The translations under genes and the position numbers were made by a program. From an uncultured Pelagibacteraceae bacterium (GTDB lineage: Bacteria; Pseudomonadota; Alphaproteobacteria; Pelagibacterales; Pelagibacteraceae), in the NCBI GenBank assembly GCA_902555065.1, contig CACDQQ010000003.1, positions 130,467 through 194,466 on the forward strand: a stretch of DNA of 64,000 nucleotides. The letters run 5' to 3'. This document shows positions 1 to 9,416 of this stretch, piece after piece. The notes under the pieces were generated by a model, which was given only the letters and a program-made list of their open reading frames with translations, was not told where the DNA came from and ran no database searches. Position 1 is the first letter of the stretch. Every line of letters begins with the position of its first letter.

Positions 1-536
1 AAAGCAAAAAGCATCAAAGCATCAATTTCTTCGTTGAATATTTTTTTTATATTTGGCCGTAAAATTTTTATAGCCACATCTTTAATTGTGCCATTATCAT
101 TTATTTGCGCTTTATGAACTTGAGCTATAGATGCTGCTGCCACCGGTTCAGATAGATTTATAATTGAATTAAAATTATCTTCCCCTAGATCCTTTTTGAT
201 TATTTCTTTAGCTTTAGATAATTCAAAGGGAGGCAAACGATCTTGTAAACTCTCTAATTGCTTTGATAACTTTTCTCCAATTATATCTGGTCTAGTTGCT
301 AGAAATTGACCTAATTTAATGAATGTTGTACCCATAGATTGCAAGGAGTTTGATAATCTTTCACCTTCGGTTTCATTTACAAAAGAATTATCTTTTTTTG
401 AAAATGATAAAGACAACAAATAGAATAAAATTTTTATTCCAATCGGTGGATTATGAAACTTTGTGAATATACTTAAAGCATCAGATTTTGCTAATTTCCT
501 TCCAAGCTTAAAAAGTATGTATAATTTTTTAATCAT
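1..536 (-). CDS. ubiB: Ubiquinone biosynthesis protein kinase-like UbiB (5' part; runs off the window start)
   Basis: Hand translation from ATG at 536: MIKKLYILFKLGRKLA...MGTTFIKLGQFLATRPDIIG...LQDRLPPF...PVAAASIAQVHKA...VAIKILRP. These are ABC1/UbiB motifs. ATGA overlap with the ubiE stop. Confidence 0.93.
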   Translation of the reverse strand, partial: MIKKLYILFKLGRKLAKSDALSIFTKFHNPPIGIKILFYLLSLSFSKKDNSFVNETEGERLSNSLQSMGTTFIKLGQFLATRPDIIGEKLSKQLESLQDRLPPFELSKAKEIIKKDLGEDNFNSIINLSEPVAAASIAQVHKAQINDNGTIKDVAIKILRPNIKKIFNEEIDALMLFA

Positions 537-1240
537 ATTTTCCAACCTGAATGAATAGCTACTATTCCACCAGAAAAGTTTCTATACTCACATTTAATAA
601 AATTATTTTTTTCCATTAAACCCTTTAATTCCTCTTGATTAACAAATTCTTGGATACTTTTTATTAGATATTCATAAGGTTCTTTTTCACCAACCACAAA
701 TTTTCCTATTTCTGGAATTAATTTAGAGTATCTTTTATAGACTAAATCTAAGTTTAAATTTTGAATTTTTGAAAATTCTAAACAAAAAAATCTACCTCCT
801 GACTTTAAAACTCTGTACGCTTCACTTAAGGATTTATTAATATTTTTTGTATTTCTTAAACCAAAACTGATTGTGTAATAATCACATGAATTAGATTTTA
901 AAGGCAATTTCTCTGCCGAACCCTTAATCCACTTGATATTTTTGTAATTTGATAGTCTATTTTTTCCCTTTTTCATCATTCCTTCATTGGGGTCAATACA
1001 AAATAATTCTATATTTTTATTTGAACTATTATCGATAAAAAGTTTTGCTATATCACCTGTGCCACATGCAACATCTGCTAGAATTTTATTTTTACCTGGG
1101 TTCATCCAATTTATTAAATTTCTTTTCCAGATTCTATGAACTCCGAGTGACATCAAATCATTCATGATGTCGTATTTATCATAAACTTTATCAAAGACAC
1201 CTTGGACTAGACCTTTTTTATTTTGAAGATATTGTTGCAT
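533..1240 (-). CDS. ubiE: Ubiquinone/menaquinone biosynthesis C-methyltransferase
   Basis: YDIMNDLMSLGVHRIWK, DVACGTGD SAM motif, ISFGLRN, RVLKSGGR; adjacent to ubiB. Confidence 0.96.
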   Translation of the reverse strand: MQQYLQNKKGLVQGVFDKVYDKYDIMNDLMSLGVHRIWKRNLINWMNPGKNKILADVACGTGDIAKLFIDNSSNKNIELFCIDPNEGMMKKGKNRLSNYKNIKWIKGSAEKLPLKSNSCDYYTISFGLRNTKNINKSLSEAYRVLKSGGRFFCLEFSKIQNLNLDLVYKRYSKLIPEIGKFVVGEKEPYEYLIKSIQEFVNQEELKGLMEKNNFIKCEYRNFSGGIVAIHSGWKI

Positions 1241-1272
1241 AAAATAAATAATATTAATTAATATAATAATAA

Positions 1273-2136
1273 ATGCCAGAATTGCCAGAAGTAGAAGTTG
1301 TTAAAGAGTCACTAAGTAGAACAATAACAGGAAAAAAAATAAAAAAAGTAAGTATAAAGAATAGGAATTTAAGGTACAAAATAAAAAAAGGTTTTGAAAC
1401 AAGACTACAGTCAAAATCAATAAAAAAAGTTAAGCGGTTTTCAAAATATATCATACTAGTTTTAAATGATGAAAAATTTTGCTTAATTCATCTTGGAATG
1501 TCTGGCACTATACATCTCTTAAGAAAAAATATTTTAAATCAAAAAACAAATGCAAGTTTTTATCACAGTCCTTATTTACCAAAAAAACATAACCATGTGT
1601 TTTTGGAATTTGATAACATAAAAATTATATATAATGATCCTAGAAGATTTGGTTATTTCAAATTATTTGAAAATAAGAATAATTTAGAAAATTTTATAAA
1701 TAACTATGGTCCTGAGCCTTTTTCTTCAAAATTTAATCTCAACTACTTAAAAAAATATTTTTATAAAAAGAAAAAGAATATTAAAAATTTTCTCTTAGAT
1801 CAAAAGTTTGTTTCAGGTTTGGGGAATATTTATGCAAGTGAAATTTTATTCAGCTCTAAAATAAATCCAAAAAAAAAAGCAAAATCTTTAAGTGATAACG
1901 ATTGTATTAATATCATTAAATATTCAAGAAAAATTTTAAATTTAGCGATAAAAAAAGGTGGGTCTAGTATCAGAGATTTTAAAAATATAGTTGGTAAAAA
2001 TGGATCTTTTCAAGATAACTTTAAAGTATACAATAGAGAAAATAAGAGTTGTCTTTCACCAGGATGCAAAGGGACAATAAAAAAAAAGTTTATCACTAAT
2101 AGATCAACATTTTTTTGTAATATTTGTCAAAAATAA
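1273..2136 (+). CDS. mutM: Formamidopyrimidine-DNA glycosylase
   Basis: N-terminal MPELPEVE, HLGMSG, LLDQ..GLGNIYASE H2TH motif, C-terminal zinc finger. Confidence 0.97.
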   Translation: MPELPEVEVVKESLSRTITGKKIKKVSIKNRNLRYKIKKGFETRLQSKSIKKVKRFSKYIILVLNDEKFCLIHLGMSGTIHLLRKNILNQKTNASFYHSPYLPKKHNHVFLEFDNIKIIYNDPRRFGYFKLFENKNNLENFINNYGPEPFSSKFNLNYLKKYFYKKKKNIKNFLLDQKFVSGLGNIYASEILFSSKINPKKKAKSLSDNDCINIIKYSRKILNLAIKKGGSSIRDFKNIVGKNGSFQDNFKVYNRENKSCLSPGCKGTIKKKFITNRSTFFCNICQK

Positions 2137-2148
2137 AAAATTATTATA

Positions 2149-2179
2149 TTGACCGTATAAATTTCTCGTTATATACAAT
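2149..2179 (+). promoter_or_regulatory. Putative sigma70 promoter of rpsT
   Basis: TTGACC (2149-2154), 17 bp, TATACA (2172-2177), then a GC-rich GCGC just before the ATG at 2187; no SD. Confidence 0.55.
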
Positions 2180-2186
2180 CGCGCTT

Positions 2187-2447
2187 ATGGCAAACACTAA
2201 ATCAGCTATTAAACGAATAAGACGTATATCACGTCAAACAACGGTAAATAAGTCTAGAAAAAGCAGGTTTAGATCTGCAATAAAAAAAATGAATTTAATT
2301 CTTGATAAAAAGGACAAAAAAGAAGCTTTAGCATTCTTGCCAAAATTAAACTCTGAATTGATGAAAATAGCAAAGACAGGGGTGATAAAAAAGCAAAACG
2401 CGTCAAGAAATATTTCTAGAATAACAAAAAAAATAAATTCCTTATAA
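2187..2447 (+). CDS. rpsT: 30S ribosomal protein S20
   Basis: MANTKSAIKRIR...KQNASR is the S20 signature. The true start is the ATG at 2187, not 2124 as in the track. Confidence 0.96.
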   Translation: MANTKSAIKRIRRISRQTTVNKSRKSRFRSAIKKMNLILDKKDKKEALAFLPKLNSELMKIAKTGVIKKQNASRNISRITKKINSL

Positions 2448-2691
2448 CAACTTTTAGTTTACTTAAAGAAATTACAACCCTAGAGATTATTTTTTCAATT
2501 AAAAAATGAATCTTTTGATCTTTTAGTTCCAAGATAAAAAAAAAATAAAAAAAGTAAATTTAAGATTACTAATTTTAAGTCCCTAAAAATAGATTCAATT
2601 ATTAATTTATACAATTGTAAATTTTATTTTTTTTTTAGAATAAAAATAAATTTATTGCATTGAATTATGAATAGGAGTTTAACAGACTCTC

Positions 2692-4101
2692 ATGAAAAAT
2701 AATCTCACGAACATTAAATCCGACAATATTAATAAGATTGATTGGAAATTATTACAAAATGAAATGAAAAATAAGTTTGGTTCTGAGATTTATGATAGTT
2801 GGTTAAAAAAAATTGATTTGGTTGATGAGTTTAAAAATTATGTTTTATTATCTGTTTCGACAAGATTTATCAGAGACTGGATAACTTCAAGATATTTAGA
2901 TCAAATATTACAAATAATTAAATTATATAAAAAAGATATTTCCAGAATAGAATTTGTGATTAACGAGAATATAAAGAACAAAAATACTGATGAAATAAAA
3001 CCAGATAATTCATCTGATAATGAAAAGGTTTCATTCATTAAAGATTCATATCTTCAATATAATCGAATTGATCCAAATAAAAACTTTGAGAATTTCTTGC
3101 TTGGGAAAAGTAATAAACTAGCTTTTGAAGCCGCAAAAAAAGTCTCTGAGCAAATAGCCCACTATAACCCTCTGTATATTTATGGTGGAGTTGGAATGGG
3201 TAAGACACATTTGTTAAATGCAATTGGTTTAAGTTTGAAAGAAAAAAATAAAGTAATGTTTATTTCAGCTGAAAGATTTATGTATCAATTTGTAAAATCG
3301 ATAAAATCTAATGACATGGTAAAGTTTAAAGAGTATTTTAGAAATACCGATATATTTTTGATTGATGATATTCAATTTATGAATGGAAAAGAAGCTATGC
3401 AAGAAGAGTTTTTTCATACATTCAATGTTTTGCTAGAGAAAGGATCTCAAATTATTGTATCAGCAGATAGACCACCAAACAAATTAACTAGAATACAAGA
3501 AAGAATTAAATCCAGATTCTCAGGAGGACTAGTAGTTGATATCCAAAATGCAGATTTTGAATTAAGATACAATATAATAAAATCTAAAAATGATGATCTC
3601 AAAATTCATGATCCAAATAATATTAAAATTAGTGACGAAATCATAAAATTTATCAGTACAGAAGTTAATACTAGTATCAGAGAACTTGTAGGAGCATTTA
3701 ATAGAATAGTATCTTTCTCAAGAATTTATGGAAAAACTCCTTCGATGTCAGAGGTAAAAGTAATATTAAAAGATCTCTTAAATTTAACTGAAAATAAAGT
3801 CGATATAGATAATATTCAAACAATAGTCTGTAAATATTTTAAAATAAGTAAAAACGAAATGTTGTCACCAAGAAGGTCAAGATATCTTGTAAGACCAAGA
3901 CAAACTGCTATTTATTTGGCAAAAATGCTGACATCTAAATCTTTGCCAGAGATAGGTCGATCATTTGCCAATAGAGACCACACAACTGTTATTCATTCAG
4001 TCAAAACAATAGAAAAATTAAGAAAAGATGATAATGAATTAAATTTAAGCATTGATAGCCTAAAGAATAAAATATTATACAAACAAGAAAATGAAATTTA
4101 G
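2692..4101 (+). CDS. dnaA: Chromosomal replication initiator DnaA
   Basis: YNPLYIYGGVGMGKTHL Walker A, IDDIQF, QEEFFHTFN, RDHTTVIH domain IV. Confidence 0.98.
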   Translation: MKNNLTNIKSDNINKIDWKLLQNEMKNKFGSEIYDSWLKKIDLVDEFKNYVLLSVSTRFIRDWITSRYLDQILQIIKLYKKDISRIEFVINENIKNKNTDEIKPDNSSDNEKVSFIKDSYLQYNRIDPNKNFENFLLGKSNKLAFEAAKKVSEQIAHYNPLYIYGGVGMGKTHLLNAIGLSLKEKNKVMFISAERFMYQFVKSIKSNDMVKFKEYFRNTDIFLIDDIQFMNGKEAMQEEFFHTFNVLLEKGSQIIVSADRPPNKLTRIQERIKSRFSGGLVVDIQNADFELRYNIIKSKNDDLKIHDPNNIKISDEIIKFISTEVNTSIRELVGAFNRIVSFSRIYGKTPSMSEVKVILKDLLNLTENKVDIDNIQTIVCKYFKISKNEMLSPRRSRYLVRPRQTAIYLAKMLTSKSLPEIGRSFANRDHTTVIHSVKTIEKLRKDDNELNLSIDSLKNKILYKQENEI

Positions 4102-5203
4102 TGTTAATCAACAAGATTTGCAAAAATCTTTAGGTTACTGTCAGGGTGTAATTGAAAAAAGAAGCACTTTACCTATTCTCTCAAATATTTTGATAGAAGC
4201 AGCAAATTCAAAATTAAAAATTACAGCAACAGATTTAGATTTAATATTTGTAAATGAAATTTCAAATATTAAAATTTTTGATGAAGGCAAAACAACTACT
4301 TCTTCATCAATTATGTTTGATATTGTGAGAAAAATACCCTCTGGTAGTCAGATAAATTTTGAAAACTCTGGAGAAAGTAAATTACAATTAGAATCAAATA
4401 AATCTCTATTCAATTTAAATTCTATAAATGCTTCTGAATTTCCAATTACAGATGAAAATTTCAATGAAAATGAATTTACTATAAATTCAAAAGATTTATT
4501 AAAACTTTTAAACAAATGTAAATTTTCGATTTCAAATGATGAAACAAGGCATTATCTTAGTGGTATTTTTTTCCATCAGACCCAAACAGATGATAAGAAT
4601 TTTTTAACTGCAGCCGCAACAGATAGCCATAGAATGTCTATCTCAAAGATAAGACTAAAAAATAAAATTGAATTTGAACCAATAATACTTCCAAAAAAAA
4701 CTATATTTCAATTATGTTCTCTTCTAGAAGATTATGATGGTGAGGTTAAAGTCTCAAATATTAAATCCAAAATTAAATTTGAACTTAATAATAGTATTTT
4801 GATATCAAAGTTAATCGATGGAAAATTCCCTAATTATATTCAAGTTATCCCTAGAGAGAATCAAAAAAAACTTGAAATAGATCTAAAATCTTTTCTAAAT
4901 TCCGTCGACAGAGTAGCATCAGTTTCTCTAGATAAAAAAGATGGTGTAAAATTTAATTTGACTAAAGATAATTTAGATTTATCTGTCAATAACACTAACA
5001 GTGGTGATGGTAAAGAAAGCCTATCTGTAAAATTTGAGACAGATTTAGATATAAGCTTTAACTCTAGATATTTGCTTGATATAGCATCCCAACTAAATGG
5101 TGATAATATTGAAATATATTTGAAAGATACTGGATCTCCTGCGTTAATAAAAGATCCTGCAGACTTTGACAGTATTTATGTTGTAATGCCTATGAAAGGT
5201 TAG
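4091..5203 (+). CDS. dnaN: DNA polymerase III beta sliding clamp
   Basis: LPILSNILI, ATDL, ATDSHRM, SKLIDGKFPNY, C-terminal VVMPM; follows dnaA. Confidence 0.97.
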   Translation: MKFSVNQQDLQKSLGYCQGVIEKRSTLPILSNILIEAANSKLKITATDLDLIFVNEISNIKIFDEGKTTTSSSIMFDIVRKIPSGSQINFENSGESKLQLESNKSLFNLNSINASEFPITDENFNENEFTINSKDLLKLLNKCKFSISNDETRHYLSGIFFHQTQTDDKNFLTAAATDSHRMSISKIRLKNKIEFEPIILPKKTIFQLCSLLEDYDGEVKVSNIKSKIKFELNNSILISKLIDGKFPNYIQVIPRENQKKLEIDLKSFLNSVDRVASVSLDKKDGVKFNLTKDNLDLSVNNTNSGDGKESLSVKFETDLDISFNSRYLLDIASQLNGDNIEIYLKDTGSPALIKDPADFDSIYVVMPMKG

Positions 5204-5898
5204 TTAGCAAGACCAAGCTCGGAATAAATTTCTTTTTGCAATAATTTTACAAATTCCGTTTCTTCGATACCTGTATTAATTGGTTTTAAAATAGAAATAG
5301 TAATCGTTTTATTGGGTATCATCTTTCCAGATTTTGGCCATACTCTTCCGGAGTCAATAGCGACGGGTTGACATTTTACATTTAATTCTCTGTAAATTCT
5401 TCCAACTCCCTTTTTAAAAGGAATAATTTCATCTGGTAGAACTCGAGTAGCTTGTGGAAAAATTATTACAGGTCTTTTTGTTTTTTCCATAACTTCTTTA
5501 ATTTTTTCAGTAAAATTAAGGTTTTCTTTAGAAACTTTATTTCTATTCACAGAAATAGAATCTATCTTTCTTAAATACCAACCAAATATCGGAATATTTA
5601 ATAGTTCTTTTTTAAGAATAAAAATTGGTGAATTAAATATTGTTTGTAAAAAAAAAGTTTCAAACATCGATTGATGAGAGCATGCGATGAAGAAATTTTC
5701 GTTATTAATTATGTTTTCTTGACCTTTTATTACTATGCTGGTTGAGTAAAAAATTTTTAAACATAATGAGGACCAGTATCCAAAAAGTTTACCTCCAAAA
5801 AGAGTGATTTTTTTTGGTAGTAATAAAGATGGAAGAAAAATAATACATATTAAAATTAATCCAGAAAAAAATATACTTTTAAAGAGGATATTTCTCAT
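5200..5898 (-). CDS. plsC: 1-acyl-sn-glycerol-3-phosphate acyltransferase family protein
   Basis: HQSMFE (HxxxxD/E), IFPQATR, FKKG acyltransferase blocks. Confidence 0.8.
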   Translation of the reverse strand: MRNILFKSIFFSGLILICIIFLPSLLLPKKITLFGGKLFGYWSSLCLKIFYSTSIVIKGQENIINNENFFIACSHQSMFETFFLQTIFNSPIFILKKELLNIPIFGWYLRKIDSISVNRNKVSKENLNFTEKIKEVMEKTKRPVIIFPQATRVLPDEIIPFKKGVGRIYRELNVKCQPVAIDSGRVWPKSGKMIPNKTITISILKPINTGIEETEFVKLLQKEIYSELGLAN

Positions 5899-5911
5899 TA
5901 TAAGTTTTAAG

Positions 5912-7126
5912 TTAGATAATATCTGTTATTTTTTGTCTTTTTCTTATAATCTTTACTTTATTTCCTTTAATTAAAATTTCAGCAGGCCTTAATCTAAGAT
6001 TATAATTAGATGATAATGAATAACCATAGGCACCTGTATCGCAAATAATCATAATATCATTTTCTTTTATATTCTGGAATTTCCTTTCTGTTAAAAATTT
6101 ATCAGTTGTTTCACATACTGGGCCTACAAATTCTAATATTTTCTTTGATCGTGACATATTTCTTAGGGATGGAATTATCCTATGTTTTGCATTATATAAA
6201 GCTGGTCTTATCAAATCATTCATTGCCGCATCTAATATTACAAATGTTTTTGTTTTGTTATGTTTTAAATAAATTACTTTAGATGCAAGTATACCAACAT
6301 TTCCAATTATAGATCTTCCAGGTTCAAAAATTATTTTACAATTGTATTTATTTTTAAATTTAATTATTGATTTTTTATATTTTGTATAATTAAGTTTTTT
6401 CGTTTTATTATCATAGTTTATCCCCATTCCTCCACCTAAATCAATGATCTCAAATTTATAATCTAAATTTTTTAAAAGTTTATCAAGTACATTTAGCATT
6501 TTTTCGTAGGGTTTGTGGTTTAAGATTTGACTACCGATATGAACGCTTAAGCATTTAATATTTATAAATTTTGATTGTTTCATCAAATTAATAATTTTTA
6601 CAAAAGTCTTTTTATCTACACCAAATTTATTTTCACTTTTACCAGTTGAAATTTGTTTCAATGTTTCAGCATCTGTATCTGGATTTAATCTTAGTCCTAT
6701 ATCAACAACTTTATTTAGTTTTTTTGCAGCCGCTTCAATCGCCAAAACTTCACTCAATGACTCAGAATTTATTAATAATATTTTTTGCTTAATTGCGTAC
6801 TCAATTTCATCTTTTGTTTTACCAACTCCAGAGAAAACTATTTTGTTTTTGTTAATACCAGCCTTAAGTGATGCATATAATTCACCTTTTGAAACCACAT
6901 CTGCTCCAAGGCCAAGTTTTTTTATTTCTTTTAATAGTGAAATATTAGAATTAGATTTTACAGAAAAACAAATTAAAGGTCTTATTTCCTTAAAAGCTTT
7001 TTTAAAATTCTCTACATTTTCTCTTAAATTTTTATAAGAGTAGCAGTATAGAGGTGTATTAAATTTTTTTGTCAGACTCTCAACGTTTTTTCCTTCAATA
7101 AAAAATTTATTGTTTAAATATCTCAT
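5912..7126 (-). CDS. lysA: Diaminopimelate decarboxylase
   Basis: FSVKSN (PLP lysine), HIGSQI, DLGGG, EPGR, GPVCETTD, GAYG. Confidence 0.96.
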   Translation of the reverse strand: MRYLNNKFFIEGKNVESLTKKFNTPLYCYSYKNLRENVENFKKAFKEIRPLICFSVKSNSNISLLKEIKKLGLGADVVSKGELYASLKAGINKNKIVFSGVGKTKDEIEYAIKQKILLINSESLSEVLAIEAAAKKLNKVVDIGLRLNPDTDAETLKQISTGKSENKFGVDKKTFVKIINLMKQSKFINIKCLSVHIGSQILNHKPYEKMLNVLDKLLKNLDYKFEIIDLGGGMGINYDNKTKKLNYTKYKKSIIKFKNKYNCKIIFEPGRSIIGNVGILASKVIYLKHNKTKTFVILDAAMNDLIRPALYNAKHRIIPSLRNMSRSKKILEFVGPVCETTDKFLTERKFQNIKENDIMIICDTGAYGYSLSSNYNLRLRPAEILIKGNKVKIIRKRQKITDII

Positions 7127-7239
7127 AATACTTTTTGAATATTTTTACTTAATTCAGATTTATACTCTGGATCGCCTTTACGCCCACAAGCAACTATAAA
7201 ATATAAACAAAGTATAATAATTAAAATTTTCTTACTCAT
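7123..7239 (-). CDS. Small lipoprotein, LppL/LptM (YifL)-like, 38 aa; not in the ORF track
   Basis: MSKKILIIILCLYFIVACGRKGDPEYKSELSKNIQKVL: signal peptide, lipobox IVAC and CGxKG motif. It overlaps the argH stop and the lysA start (ATGA), the position typical of this family. Confidence 0.85.
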   Translation of the reverse strand: MSKKILIIILCLYFIVACGRKGDPEYKSELSKNIQKVL

Positions 7240-8620
7240 TTTTTGTTTTTTTTATCATTTTCTTAACGTTCTCAAAAGAAGTTCCGCCGTAAGATTTTTT
7301 TGAATCAATTGAATTTTCTAGATTTAGTATTTTATAAACATTTAATGTAAGTTTTGGCTCAATTTGATTTATTTCCTTCAATTCTAGTTCATGAAGTTTT
7401 TTGTTTTTTTTTTCAGCTAGATTAATTATTTTTGCTGTTTGTATGTATGCCTTTCTAAATGGATATCCAAGTTCTCTTACAATGTAATCAGATAAATCTG
7501 TAGCTGTAGTAAATCCTTTTTCCGCAAGGGATAGCATACTTTTTTTATTTATTATTAAATTTTTTAATACATCATTCAATAATGATAGCGATATTTTTAA
7601 TTGATCATTTGTTTTAAAAACAATTTCTTTGTCATCCTGTAAATCTTTAAAATATGATAAGGGTAAGCCCTTTAATATAGAAATCATAGAATTGATATTT
7701 CCAATAAATATTCCAGTTTTACCTCTCAAATATTCCAGTGGGTCAGGATTCTTTTTTTGTGGCATTATAGAAGAACCGGTTACTAATTTATCATTTAAAG
7801 TTATCATGTTAAATGCATCAGAATTCCAAATTATAAGTTCTTCAGCAATTCTAGAAATGTGTAAAGAGCAAGCTAGAGAAGAATACAAAAAGTCTAAAAC
7901 AAAATCTCTATCTGATACAGTATCTACAGAATTGTTTGTTGGTTTTTTAAATTTAAGTTTTTTTGTGGTGTAATTTCTATCAATTTTAAAAGATGTGCCA
8001 GATAAAGCCCCTACACCTAAAGGATTTTCATCTAAAAATTCTAAATTATTCTTAAATTTTTTCTTATCTCTCTTAAACATTTCAACATATGCAAGAAGAT
8101 AATGTGCTAAAGATAATGGTTGTGCATTTTTTAAATGTGTAAATCCTGGCATAATTGTTCTGATATTTTTTTGTGCAAGATTTAGAATATTTGAATTTGT
8201 ATTATCTAATAAAATTATTATTTTTTTTGTTGCTTCTTTTAACCATAATTTAAGGTCGGTAATTACCTGATCATTTCTGGATCTAGCAGTATGAACATAT
8301 CCAGCATCATCACCAATAAGCTCAAATAATCTATTTTCTATATTCATATGAATATCCTCTAAATCATAATCAAAATTGAACTTTTTTTTTACAATTTCAT
8401 TTTTAATTCTTTTTAATCCCCAGATTATTTTATTCTTTATTCTGAAATTTATAATTTTCTGTTTGTGAAGCATTTCGACATGAGCAATTGATCCTACGAT
8501 ATCTTCTTTAAATAGTCTTTTATCTATTGGTAATGAACCACCAACTTTTTTAAATAAAGTTGAGGCATTTTTCTTAATTCTTGTACCCCAAATTGGTTTA
8601 TTGTTTTTATTTTTACTCAT
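7232..8620 (-). CDS. argH: Argininosuccinate lyase
   Basis: HTARSRNDQ, MPGFTHL, GSSIMPQKKNPD signature. Confidence 0.97.
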   Translation of the reverse strand: MSKNKNNKPIWGTRIKKNASTLFKKVGGSLPIDKRLFKEDIVGSIAHVEMLHKQKIINFRIKNKIIWGLKRIKNEIVKKKFNFDYDLEDIHMNIENRLFELIGDDAGYVHTARSRNDQVITDLKLWLKEATKKIIILLDNTNSNILNLAQKNIRTIMPGFTHLKNAQPLSLAHYLLAYVEMFKRDKKKFKNNLEFLDENPLGVGALSGTSFKIDRNYTTKKLKFKKPTNNSVDTVSDRDFVLDFLYSSLACSLHISRIAEELIIWNSDAFNMITLNDKLVTGSSIMPQKKNPDPLEYLRGKTGIFIGNINSMISILKGLPLSYFKDLQDDKEIVFKTNDQLKISLSLLNDVLKNLIINKKSMLSLAEKGFTTATDLSDYIVRELGYPFRKAYIQTAKIINLAEKKNKKLHELELKEINQIEPKLTLNVYKILNLENSIDSKKSYGGTSFENVKKMIKKTKNE

Positions 8621-8639
8621 GTTATTTAATTAAAAATCT

Positions 8640-9170
8640 ATGAAATTTATATTTATATCCATTAAAATAATATTTCTTTACTTCATATCATTTAGCTCTT
8701 CATATTCAATAGAAGCACCAAATATAAAAAATCTAATAATTTATGAGGAAAAACAAAAAATTAAGTTTTTTGACTTTTTAAATGAGGCTGGAAATAAAGT
8801 TAATTTGAAAGATTTTAAATCTGAATTAATTATTTTGAATTTTTGGGCAACATGGTGTGCTCCTTGTAGAGAGGAAATGCCATCTTTAAACAACCTTCAA
8901 ATACTTCATGACAAAAAAAAAATAACGATTATCCCAATAAATATAGGTGGAGAAAACATTATTACATCTAAGAAGTTTTTTAATGACCTGCTCATTCAAG
9001 AATTACAAGTTTTTGTTGGTGATGGTGCTGAAATTGCAAAAAATCTAAAATTAAGAGGACTTCCCACAACATTATTTATTGATAAAGATGGTTATGAGTT
9101 CGCAAGAATTGTTGGTTCAATAGATTTTAACAGCCGTGAATTTTTAAATTGGTTAAATAAATTAAATTAA
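8640..9170 (+). CDS. tlpA: TlpA-family thiol:disulfide interchange protein
   Basis: N-terminal anchor, LNFWATWCAPCREEMP, GLPTT; divergent from argH as in other alphaproteobacteria. Confidence 0.88.
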   Translation: MKFIFISIKIIFLYFISFSSSYSIEAPNIKNLIIYEEKQKIKFFDFLNEAGNKVNLKDFKSELIILNFWATWCAPCREEMPSLNNLQILHDKKKITIIPINIGGENIITSKKFFNDLLIQELQVFVGDGAEIAKNLKLRGLPTTLFIDKDGYEFARIVGSIDFNSREFLNWLNKLN

Positions 9171-9367
9171 TTTTTATAAAAGTAAGCAAATGCTACAAGC
9201 ACAATTATAGCAACAAATTGTAGTAAAACTCTTAGCTGCATTAATTTGTTTGATGTTTTTTTATCACTTTCTCCTTTAAAAAGAGTTCTAATTCCAAGAA
9301 TCAAGACAACAGCTACGGCTGCAAGCAAAACAATCGATGCAATTTTAACAAATATTTCAGAAATCAT
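9167..9367 (-). CDS. HIG1-domain / twin transmembrane helix small protein
   Basis: Two hydrophobic helices flanking SNKLMQLRVLLQ. Confidence 0.85.
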   Translation of the reverse strand: MISEIFVKIASIVLLAAVAVVLILGIRTLFKGESDKKTSNKLMQLRVLLQFVAIIVLVAFAYFYKN

Positions 9368-9416
9368 ACTTTGATTTTAGTTTCTTTTTAAAATAAAAAT
9401 ACATAATTACTTATCT

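Noticed and set aside
2448-2691. oriC upstream of dnaA
   Set aside because: No TTATCCACA-like DnaA boxes seen, and alphaproteobacterial origins are usually not next to dnaA.
2667-2702. 11-codon uORF (MNRSLTDSHEK) overlapping the dnaA start
   Set aside because: No SD of its own; ORFs this short are expected by chance.
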